From assembly GCA_951406725.2 (NCBI GenBank), contig OX597831.1:57288001-57352000 (forward strand): a stretch of DNA of 64,000 bases, given 5' to 3'. Below, in pieces: positions 52,428 through 63,059 of this stretch. This DNA is from Octopus vulgaris. Taxonomy: Eukaryota. The notes under the pieces are model-generated. The model was not told the origin of the DNA, searched no databases, and saw only the letters and a program-made list of their open reading frames with translations. The position numbers and the translations under genes were made by a program. Every line of letters begins with the position of its first letter. The first letter of the stretch is position 1.

Positions 52428-54264
52428 TTTAAAATATTTTAGAGTCTTAATTTTCGCGTGAATACAAGAAAGACCCAATTCTATACGGTTATTTAACAAA
52501 TTCCTATTTTTTCTATGCCTTAGAATTTAATATGTCTCCATGGAGCAGAGTTGGCAACCAGCCCTGTTATTTCTATAAGGCATCGCTCTTCTAACTATTT
52601 CCCAATTAAGGTTATATTTAATATTATTATTTTTGAGTTCCCAGATCTTACTTGAAAGTGTGGTGCAACCAGCTTTATGACGTAACTTAAAGGAGGAGAC
52701 ATGGTTGCTAACTCTTTTTTTAAAATTTATAGTACAACCTAAATAAAAAAATTTGCTATTCTCAGTAGTTATGGTACATTTATAGATTACGTTATTTACC
52801 CCACACAGACCAGGTGCCTGGCATTTTGACCTAATTCTACAATTACACCTAGGGGGGTCATCTTCAGATGTAGAATTATTTAAGGATAGATATCCCATAT
52901 TCTTGCTATTCTGATTATTATGAGTATATTTATCGTTATTATAGTTAATGTTGTTATCTAAAGCAGTGTTATCATTTATCGATCTGTTTACACTAACATT
53001 TAGTTCTATAGCCCTATCATAATTACTTACATTATTGGTATTGCTACTATTATTGCTTGTATTTATATCCGAATGTATATTGTTGTTATAGATATCAATG
53101 TTGTCTTCATTCCCGATATTTTCTCTATTAGCATTGCTCATATTAATATTAATATTATTATTAGTTATTCCATGGTTATTGATGCTACCTTTGTTTTGAT
53201 AGTTACTATTAATGTGGTTATTACTTTTATTTTTGATAATATTATTACAATTGTTATTGGTATTCATGTTGGTATTATTTTTATTATTCCTGGCTAACTT
53301 AATGTTATTATTATTAATCTTAGCTATTATAGTGGACATATTTGGGAGGGATGAATAAGAGATCCTAACCGCTTTTTTAGAAATTATTCTATGATATTTA
53401 TGGGAGGCTGGGAATTTTTTTTTCTAGAATTACTTTGAATCTGCCTTGTATATCCGATAGAATCGCACAGTTGAAAGGAATATTCAGCCAGATTATATCT
53501 TTCTTATTAAATTTCCTTGAATTAGAATTGGGGTTAGTTAAATTATTACTAATCTCACCAGAGTCATTATATTTATTACTATTATTTGTATGCTTTTTTG
53601 ATTTATCTAAATTGATTTTATCCGAGTTACCTATGCTCTGGTCTATATTTTTATTCTTATGATTAGGCTTGTACGTTAGATTTGTTGTCACCGTAAATCT
53701 ATTTCTACTTTTATTTCGGGCGTGGTCTATATTGTTGTTTACGTGGTTACTGTTACCTCCTTTATTAGGAATATGTAAGCCCTCCTTATCAATAAAGGTA
53801 ATCTTTTGGTTGTATCCTGCCTTAGATAACGCCGCATTATAATGCTCAGAATGAGAGTTAAATATATCATTATTGGATGATAATTTAGAGATTCTTAAGG
53901 AAATATTTCTAATCAAAGATTTAATTATATTTGGGGGATGATTGGATAATTTATTTACGTATCTCGTGATTTCACCTTCCTTTATAAATGGGTAATGCAG
54001 CTTAGAGTTAAGATCTAATGTAATATCTAGGAAATTGACTCTTTTAGTGCCAGGTTCATAAGTTATGCTAAGGTTGAAATCTTTAAAGAATCTATTAATT
54101 TTATTTCTAATCCTTTCAATGCTAGATTTATTATTACTAGGGATAACAAACAGAGCATCATTCCTGTATAGACCACCTTGTAATTCTGGGATCTCCTTTT
54201 TTATGCACTTTAATAGATACGCACCTACCAAATTAGTCACCTCAGCCGAACCACTGGAACCCAT
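52428..54264 (-). pseudogene. PLE RT/GIY-YIG ORF remnant with one frameshift (T-run near 53415) and one stop (52527)
   Basis: Joining the provided ORFs gives KKFPASHKYHRIISKKAVRISYSSLPNMSTII across the shift and ETY*ILRHRKNRNLLNNRIELGLSCIH after the stop. Confidence 0.85.
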
Positions 54265-54268
54265 TGTG

Positions 54269-54360
54269 TTTTGGCTGATGAGTACGGGACACTTGTATTT
54301 GCTGCAATATTTGCAGCTTTTAATAAAGCTGTTCTTCGTATGAAACAATTGTACTGAAAA
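54269..54360 (+). ncRNA. Type I hammerhead ribozyme, inverted duplicate
   Basis: CUGAUGA 54275-54281, GAAA 54342-54345, CAAUUG, GUA ending 54353. Confidence 0.8.
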
Positions 54361-54387
54361 ACTAATCCATTCTTGTTGCTTTTTTCT

Positions 54388-54460
<73 letters not shown>

Positions 54461-54461
54461 G

Positions 54462-54502
<41 letters not shown>

Positions 54503-55970
54503 GAAAATGGGTCTCCGATGATTTTAGTCATGATATTTCAGTTATTCGATCAGTTGAATGAAATTCTTGAATTAGTGTACAAGTAGCTGGTTATTCCAGT
54601 GACACGTGTACCTCTAATATAATCTTCTAACGAAGCTGGACCTTTGAATGTGCATCAGCAAAAAGACCAAAATTAGATATATAATCCGAAAGATCTTTAA
54701 TGAAAACTAAGAGCAAGATCTGACCAAAAATAAAACCTTCAGGAACCTCAGAGCAAATGAAGTATATATAAGAACGACTGTTATTTAAGAGAATTTTAAT
54801 GTTGCATTACGTACAACGAGAAAAGATGGAAAAACTCCAAGGACTATATTACAGAAATCCTACATGGCTTAAACTCATGGAAAAGAGCAGCGAGCTAAAG
54901 CCTATAAAATGCATTCGATATGTGGAAGGCAATAATAGTTGCCTTAAACACTAATTTAAATCACGCTAGAGTCGTTCGCTTACCACAATCCGGAGATCAA
55001 CTATATCATCGAAGTGCAGTAACCGTATGATTAAAAAATTAATGATAATAAACAAACAGTGATTCACGATGCAAGACAAAAGGTTGATAGATAAAAGTCT
55101 CAAAGCTCTTGCTAACTATAGGAAGAGTGTCGATTGAGTGGTAGTTATTAGAAACAGAATGTTTAACTTTTTTTCTTTAAATAGGTGTAACAGCTTTCCG
55201 CTGGTTGAAAAAAAAAACAGTCAAGCATTTGTTAAATATTTTTGGGGGAACAGAAAATTCAGAAAAATATTTTTTGTAAGAGAACAACAGGAATATTTTC
55301 AGGACTAGAAGATGTATCGGTGGCGAGGCTGGAAATTACTTTCAGCACAGACTTAGAAGTAATACACATGTCAGTAACTGGGTGCGTTCTGCAGAAGTAT
55401 TGGTGTAAGACAGAAACAAATCCATTTCTCTAAATTTTATTCCTGAGTTGACAAAGATGTAACCAAACACAACATGATGTTTATGTCATGATAAAAACAA
55501 AGAGAGAAGTGGAGTATTTGTTGTGCATCTAATTTTCTGAGAAAAATCGCAAAATGCAACTTATACCTGCCTTTGATAAATATCGCGGGCATAAAGGTGT
55601 CGTTTATTAATAAATAGAATTACAGAAAATCAACGGTGATCTATGTTCAAAGTTACAGTCGACAATATTCACAGGTGAAATAGTTGCAAAGATGAAAGGA
55701 AATATTCAGAATGACAAAAAAAAAACAAGAAATTAATAATGATCTTAAGATTACATTCATATGGGGATACGTGGTTTTATTGAAGATTTTCTATGTGTAG
55801 AGTTGCTACAAGGTTCCAAAGATTTCGAGTAATAAACGACTAATTATAAAAGCTTCACTGCTGAAAAGTTTGCGCTTGTTTATATGTATGTACTTGTGTG
55901 TGCATGTGTGTGTGTGTGTATCTGAGTATGTGTGTGTGTACGTATGTATGTATATGTGTATATGTGTGTG

Positions 55971-56002
<32 letters not shown>

Positions 56003-56005
<3 letters not shown>

Positions 56006-56741
56006 GGTGCGGTGATTAAACTGTCGTCTAAATTACGCAAAAATGAAAATAACACACATCGCATTTTAACAGATATATTGACTAAAATTACATAAAAATA
56101 TCTTGAAATAATAAAGAGTAAATTTATTCAATAAAATCGCCATTGGCTTCAACCACGGCCTCCAGAAAACTTTAATACATAATAATGAAGGGGGTTGCAG
56201 TCTGGGGAGTTAGGTGGCCAGATGTTAGGGGTGATGTGGTCGCAGAGATTGTCCTGATAGCCATGACTGAGTTCTCCTGCTTCTGTGGCATGGTCCAGAG
56301 TCCTATTTCAGTAGCCACCCCTTTGACCCAGGGCAGCATTACCGCCTCCAGTCACTTGATGTAGGCTTCTGTGTTGAGTGTGAGGCCATGTGGGAAGATG
56401 AATGAAGGCATAACGTCGCCCTCACTAGTGATCACTCCAAACACCATTATGTTGGCATGACGTTTGATTTTTATCACTCTCGGTACATGTCCTCAGATTG
56501 CACTGTCCTCAGATTGACACCCAAACACTCTAAAATGTTTGTATTGGAGCTTCCGGCGCGAATGCCAAGCAGTACAGCATGTCGTTTCCAAATTTCTGGG
56601 AGAGTAACTTGCGTCATGGTGCTGTTTTTCTCAAAGACAGTGCCCAACTGGCCCTACTATACTGTATAGTCGACAAAGTCAAAAACAAACAATGGCCGAA
56701 ATGAAAAATATAAAATGCGACAATTTACCCATCCCACCCTG
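56003..56741 (-). mobile_element. Internally deleted maT/DD37D-like Tc1-mariner element
   Basis: TA-cagggtgcggtgattaaactgtcg ... cgacaatttacccatcccaccctg-TA; minus strand HITPNIWPPNSPDCNP. Confidence 0.87.
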
Positions 56742-56829
56742 TATACAGTATGTATACATATGTGTGTACAATATGTGCACGTGTGTGTATATATGTGAAA
56801 ATGTTAAAAGCCATATTAATATCTACTTC

Positions 56830-57530
56830 TAATTTAGGCACAAGGCCAGAAAGTTGGGCTGATGGGTGGTGCCAGTCGACTTCTTAGACTCCAGTGTTCA
56901 ATTGGTACATATTTTATCGAAAGGATAAAAGGCAAAATCGACTTCAACAGAATTTGAACTCAGAACATAAAGACGGACGAAATACCGCTGAGCATTCTAC
57001 CCAGCATACTAACAATTCTGCCTAGCCGTCGCCCTAAAGGCCACATTAATATAGAGTTCAAATTTTAGCGCACGACTAGCAAGTTCGGGGGTAGGGGTAC
57101 CAGTCGATTTCATTAAGCCCAGTGTTGAACTGATATTTATTCTATCTATTTCTTTACTACCCACGAGGGGTTAAACACAGAGAGGACAAACAAGGACAGA
57201 CAAATGGATTAAGTCGATTATATCGACCCCAGAGCGTAACTGGTACTTATTTAATTGACCCCGAAAGGATGAAAGGCAAAGTCGACTTCGGCGGATTTTA
57301 AACTCGGAACGTAACGGCAGACGAAATACGGCCACGCATTTCGCCCGGCGTGCTAACGTTTCTGCCAGCTCACCTCCTTTAATATTTATTCTATCGTCCC
57401 CGAAATGACAAAATCGACAAAACTGGCCTTGGCAAAATTGACCTTGGCAGAATTTGAACTGAGAACATAAAGACGGACGAAATGCTAATCAACATTCTGA
57501 CCAGCGTGCTAACGATTCTTCCTGCTCACC
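56830..57530 (-). mobile_element. Cluster of nested or tandem SINE family B copies
   Basis: Three repeats of aaggat.aaaggcaaa.tcgac...gacgaaat; youngest-looking copy at 57143-57378. Confidence 0.8.
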
Positions 57531-58124
57531 ACTCTAGAAACTATATTAATTACGGTGTGTTTTTAACGTTAGGAATTTGTCACGCTAAGGAGTGAAACGT
57601 GAAGAGACTTGGTATTGATAATAATGGTAATTGCGATGACACCAATGATGGTAATCGTAAATAAGGAAATAAGGCGGAGTGGTGGGTGAGAAAAGTGGTT
57701 GTGTTGGTTACGTTGGTGGTGGTGTTTCCATCATCCCCACTACCATTCCTATCAACATTATATTTTTTTATATTTTTCTTTTTGTTATTCGTATAATTTT
57801 AAGCAAACAAAAATATGAGTAATGCATCAATGATTTTTGAGTTTGATATGCCAAAATATTAAAGGGCCGTAATTATTTATTTGACTTAAGACCTCATTAA
57901 ACTTTAATAAATAATTACTGACTTTGAACATGCTCACGTTAAAGTATAATAAAAAATAATCTAAATAAACTTTTTTAATAATTTCATTTTATTTAAATTC
58001 TACGTTGTTAAATTCCTTAAAAACATTTAGCCGACATTCGAATTGAAACAATATGCGCTACAATATGTTAGTATCATAATGACTTCACCCTTGCTGGCTC
58101 AAACGCCAGAAGTTTAGGGGGGAA

Positions 58125-58915
58125 AGGCGGCGAGCTGGCAGAAACGTTAACAGGCCGGGCAAAATGACTAGCGGCATTTCTGAGTTCAAATTCCGCCGAG
58201 GTCGACTTTGCCTGTCATCCTTTCGGGGTCGATTAAATAAATATCAGTTACGCACTGGGGTCGATAAATCGACTTAATCCGTTTGTCTGTCCTTGTTTGT
58301 CCCCTCTATGTTTAGCCCCTTGTGGGTAGTAAAGAAATAGGTATTTCGTCTGCCGTTACGTTCTGAGTTCAAATTCCGCCGAGGTCGACTTTCATCCTTT
58401 CGGGGTCGATAAATGAAGTACCAGTTATGCACTGGGGTCGATGTACTCGACTTAATCCCGTTTTCTGTCCTTGTTTGTCCCCTCTATGTTTATCCCCTTG
58501 TGGGCAATAAAGAAATTAGAAATTTGGGGAAAGGGTGCTAATCGATTGCATCGACTCCAGTGCTCAACTCGTACTTATTTTATCGACCCCAAAAGGGATG
58601 AAAGGCAAAGTCGACCTTGGAAGAATTTGATCTAAGAACGTAATGCTGGACGAAATGCCGCTAAGTATTTTGACTGGCGTGCTAACAATTCTGATAGCTT
58701 GCCGCTTTATATGTTAATATCATATTGCATGTCAATATCGTATTGCATACATAGAGACGGCGTTGAGCTGGCAGAGCCGTTAGCATTTCTTCCGTCTTTA
58801 CTTTGCTTTTCATTCTTTCGGGGTCGAATAAAATAAGTGCCATTGAACACTGTGGTCGATGTAATCGACTAACTCCTTATCCTAAAATTTCAGGCTTTGT
58901 ACCTATAGTAGAACG
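58125..58915. mobile_element. SINE family B dimer (+, 58125-58517) followed by an inverted copy (-, ~58530-58707) and a + fragment
   Basis: Family B matches on both strands. Confidence 0.82.
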
Positions 58916-59273
58916 AACACATTTTGCAGACAAGTATCGTTAGATTTTGTAATAATTTTCTCAGTGGGAGAGAATAATTTATATATTCCATGACAGCTTG
59001 TTGTGGTGCTTGCGTCATTGAGTTAACGCTCGACTAGAACATTTTTGTGAATTTCAAGCATTCAAAAAGTGACTCAAACACTTTATAATAATTTTGTTTA
59101 TTACTGATAGTCGGAGTGGTGGTTTTTGGTCACTGTTGATGGCCGCAGTCGTTTCTCTGTTGTATTGAGGCAGAAGTGACAGTCTTACTGTTCTCTGTTT
59201 TCTGTTTGTCTTATTTATTTATTCTTTTACTGCTCATTATAATTATTTTGTAGTTTCCCGTTATATTTTCCAG

Positions 59274-59329
59274 GAGCACCGCTAGTTTATCGTAATGCTG
59301 TCAACCTCGTGATTACTACTGAATAAGCC
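59274..59329 (+). CDS. Candidate stop-containing exon (phase 1: [G]APLVYRNAVNLVITTE*)
   Basis: Long pyrimidine-rich acceptor ending ttttccAG at 59273; open frame to TAA 59324-59326; donor CC|GTGAGT at 59330. Confidence 0.35.
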
Positions 59330-59348
59330 GTGAGTATTAAGTTGCAAG

Positions 59349-59910
59349 TGGGGGCACATAGTCTAGTGGTGAGAGCAGCGGACTCGGGATCGAGGGCTCG
59401 AATCTCAGACCGGACGATATCTGTGTTTATGATCGAAACACCTAAACTCCACGCGGCTCCGGCAGAAGGTAATGGTGAACTTCTGCTGACTCTTTCGCCA
59501 CAACTTTCCTTCACTCTTTCCTCCTGCAAATTGCAGCTCACCTGCGATGGACCGGCGTCCCGTCCAGGTGGGGAACCTATACGCCAAGGAAGCCGGGAAA
59601 CCGGCCCTTATGAGCCAGGTATGGCTCGAGAAGGAACAAAACTCGGGATCGAGAGCTAGAATCTCAGACCGGACGATATGTGTGTTTATGAGCGAAACAC
59701 CTAAACTCCACGCGGCTCCGGCAGAAGGTAATGATGAACTTCTGCTGACTGTTCGCCACAACTTTCTCTCACTCTTTCCTCCTGTATCTAGCAGCCACCT
59801 GAGACGGACCGACATCCCGTCCAGGTGGGGAACCTATACGCTAATGACACCAGGAAAACAGCCCTTATGAGTCACGCATGGCTCGAGAAGGAACAGACAA
59901 CAACAACAAA
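59349..59910 (+). mobile_element. tRNA-derived SINE family D, tandem dimer with (CAA)n tail
   Basis: tagtctagtggtgagagc head and ggctcgaatct B-box-like; 59382-59640 repeated at 59641-59895 without the A box. Confidence 0.85.
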
Positions 59911-60422
59911 CTTAAGTTGCGAATCTCAAATGAAGTTACGCTGTTCAGGAGATCACTATAATAGTCATATCCACAAAATACCTGATCACACTCAATCAAA
60001 TATAATATCAACGATCTTTCCAATATTCAATTTACACTTCATCAGAAAGTGATAAGCTCGTAGTCAAATAGTTAATCAGAGAATTTTGTTTATTTAAAAA
60101 AAAAGCTTTAATTTGTTTGAAACTGAGCGTTATATGAAACTATCTCAAGCTGTGTGGAAATGGCTTCCGGTGTCATTCTCTGCTATCACCATATTTCTCA
60201 CACGCTGTTCTCTCCGTTCGAGAAATTCGGGCAAAACCAAATACCGATGTTTGCTCATTATTCAAGCAAATAAATGTGAAGTCAGAACAGTTTTCACCAA
60301 ACCTACTTTGTATTAATATAAACAAATTTTTGTAAGACTTTGAGTTCATGCACCCATGCACACACACCCACATGCATACATATGTGTATGAGTGTATATG
60401 AGCGTTTGCGTGTTTGTATGTA

Positions 60423-60488
<66 letters not shown>

Positions 60489-60501
60489 GTATATATATAT
60501 T

Positions 60502-60555
<54 letters not shown>

Positions 60556-60683
60556 AGATGTACTCGCATACCAAGTGATTTGATCTGAGATCGTGTGCTG
60601 AAACGAAAACAATTGCAGCGTGGAAGGTGTTTGTAAGCCATTTAAGAAACACACAAAAGCCGTTCGATTCACTTTAAGTTTAA

Positions 60684-60734
60684 TTTGTCAAAATATTTTC
60701 GTCGCTTTAAGACCGCGACCTGTTCACTGACAAA
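60684..60734 (-). ncRNA. Hammerhead motif with swapped G3-C8 core (GUGAACA)
   Basis: tttgtca-GUGAACA-g-gucgc(9 nt)gcgac-GAAA-AUAU-UU-tgacaaa; perfect 7-bp stem I and 5-bp stem II. Confidence 0.65.
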
Positions 60735-61019
60735 AATCCGTGCTGGTGTGCTCCTGTGATCCAGCTCCTCGGAGGCTTTGTTGGTTGGCCGGTTTGAGGA
60801 TGGGAGTCCTGGTCGTCGGTCTTCTATGGCGATCGGGTGCCCGCGCTAAGCTCGCTGTAATATATGGTGCTGGAGAAGGAGCTCTTTAGGACCAGATTGT
60901 CTAAAAAGGGGCGCTTCGGCCCAGGGCAGAAACACATCAGGCAAAAGACCCCGTGTCGAATGGTCGTCGGCTCTCAGCCTATTCTATACAACTCAGCACC
61001 AATCTGCTTTTTTTTAATG

Positions 61020-61186
61020 TAGGAGCAGGTGTGGCTGTGTATTAAGAAGCTTGCTTACGAACCACATGTTTCCGGGTTCAGTCCCGCTGCGTGACACCTT
61101 GGGTAGGTGACTTCTACTCTAGGCTCGGGCCAACCAGAGCCTTGTGAGACGATTTGGTGGACGGAAACTGAAAGGACCCCGTAGTA

Positions 61187-61224
<38 letters not shown>

Positions 61225-61441
61225 TGTGTTTGTTTGTTTATGTCTGTGATTCCCCCCTCCCACAATCGCTTGACAACCGATGTTGTTGTGTTTACGTCCC
61301 CATATGTTAGAGGTTCAGCAAAAGTAACAGATAGAAGAAATACCAGGCTTACAAAGAATAAGTTCAGGGGTCTATTTCCTCGACTAAAATGGCGGAGCTT
61401 CAGCATGGCCACAGTCAAAATGTGTGAAACAAGTAAAAGAA
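61020..61441 (+). mobile_element. SINE family A
   Basis: gtggctgtgtattaagaagc...gggttcagtccc...gaaacaagtaaaaga. Confidence 0.88.
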
Positions 61442-61487
61442 TATATAATATATACATATATATACACACATATATATATATATATAT

Positions 61488-61531
<44 letters not shown>

Positions 61532-61871
61532 ATATATAATTAATAATTACATATATAAATTATATAATTATATTAAAGGAATCGGAAAATAACCTGACTG
61601 TGCATATTATTTGCTCGCTTAGAACCTGTGCTTCTTGTAGGAGTGAACAGTGGCTTGTAGCGCCTTTTGGCGTCTCTTATAGCATGTTCGAGATGGTTTT
61701 TTCCTGATCCCTTTAATATAATTATATAATATTTATATATAAAATTTAATTTTTGTATATAATTTGCCCACTAGGTATTATCTCATGCAAACCACTTGAT
61801 ATTATCAGTACCATGATTTTACCCTTATATATATATATATGTGTGTGTGTGTGTATATATATATGCGTGTG

Positions 61872-61962
<91 letters not shown>

Positions 61963-62035
61963 GTATGTATGTATATATATATATATATATATATATTTAA
62001 AAAAGGAGATGTGGAACACGAGTTGTGATATATAA

Positions 62036-62350
62036 AAAGGAAATGAAGAAAATGCTGACAAAATAATTTAAGTAAGGGAGAGTGTATTTAATTAGGTGAA
62101 AGTTCTTTTTACCGGTTGCGCATTTGTTATGCTTATCAAAAGATATTTTTTAAAGAGAGATAGAGTTCTTTCTGATAGATTTTTTTCTCTTATCAGATAA
62201 GAGAAAAAATATATCAGTAAGGAACTCTATCTCTCTTTAAAAAATATCTTTTGATAGGCATAACAAATGCGCAACCGGTAAAAAGAACTTTCACCTAATT
62301 AAATACACTCTCCCTTACTTAAATTATTTTGTCAGCATTTTCTTCATTTC

Positions 62351-62354
<4 letters not shown>
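62036..62354. repeat. Near-perfect 319-bp palindrome (159-bp arms, 1-nt spacer at 62195) between TA tracts
   Basis: aaaggaaatgaagaaaatgctgacaaaat...ttatc A gataa...attttgtcagcattttcttcatttccttt; only a few mismatches. Confidence 0.95.
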
Positions 62355-62401
<47 letters not shown>

Positions 62402-62404
<3 letters not shown>

Positions 62405-62816
62405 TCTTCTTACTCTTTCACTTGTTTCAGTCATTTGACTGCGGCCATGCTGCAGCACCGCCTTTAATCGAGCAACTCGACCCCGGGACTTATTCTTTTG
62501 TAAGCCCAGTACTTATTCTATCGGTCTCTTTTGCCGAACCGCTAAGTAACGGGGACATAAACACACCAGCCTCGGTTGTCAAGCAATGCTAGGGGGATAA
62601 ACACAGACACAAAAACACACAGACATACACATACACATATATATATACATACATATATACGACGGGCTTCTTTCAGTTTCTGTCTACCAAATCCACTCAC
62701 AAGGCATTGGTCGGTCCGGGGCTATAGCAGAAGACATTTGCCCAAGATGCCACGCAGTGGGACCGAACCCGGAACCATGTGGTTGGTTAGCAAGCTACTT
62801 ACCACACAGCCACTTC
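62402..62816 (-). mobile_element. SINE family A
   Basis: Matches family A. Confidence 0.9.
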
Positions 62817-62973
62817 TGCGCTGTATATATATATATATATATATACATAAAAGACATATTTGAGATTCAGTTGAATTGGGTACTTAAGTTGAGGCACCAA
62901 GTCAGTCCGGTATTATCCGCACAGCTCGAAGTAAGGTGAATAAAATCAAAATATACAAGATGTCAAGTAGTAA

Positions 62974-63059
62974 CGCAGTACGATCGTTTCAAGCGATTCC
63001 ATTTAATTAAACAATATAATCATTACATCAATTGAAATGTAGTGCTATCTTCAGCTGCG
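62974..63059 (-). ncRNA. Type I hammerhead ribozyme, probable 3' terminus of another PLE
   Basis: cgcag-CUGAAGA-uagc...gcuu-GAAA-CGAUCG-UA-ctgcg; perfect 5-bp stem I; palindromic stem III; (TA)n about 130 nt downstream. Confidence 0.78.

Larger units (their letters stand above)
51060..54390 (-). mobile_element. 5'-truncated Penelope-like retroelement (Naiad-type) with inverted copy of its 3' terminus at the truncation
   Basis: [44 protein letters not shown]; IIWLNIPF; CNCRIRSKCQAPGLC..VIY..YLG (GIY-YIG); CQLC; LLN..ELGLSCIH; 51182-51310 inverted at 54265-54390; (TA)n flank. Confidence 0.9.

Noticed and set aside
52428-54264. Selenocysteine recoding, as reported for some Naiad elements
   Set aside because: No in-frame TGA in the surviving ORF; the single interruption is TAA
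53398-54531. The 377-aa ORF as a real N-terminally extended protein
   Set aside because: The first ~89 codons are (TA)n plus the inverted terminus read in antisense; real homology starts at MGS (54264)
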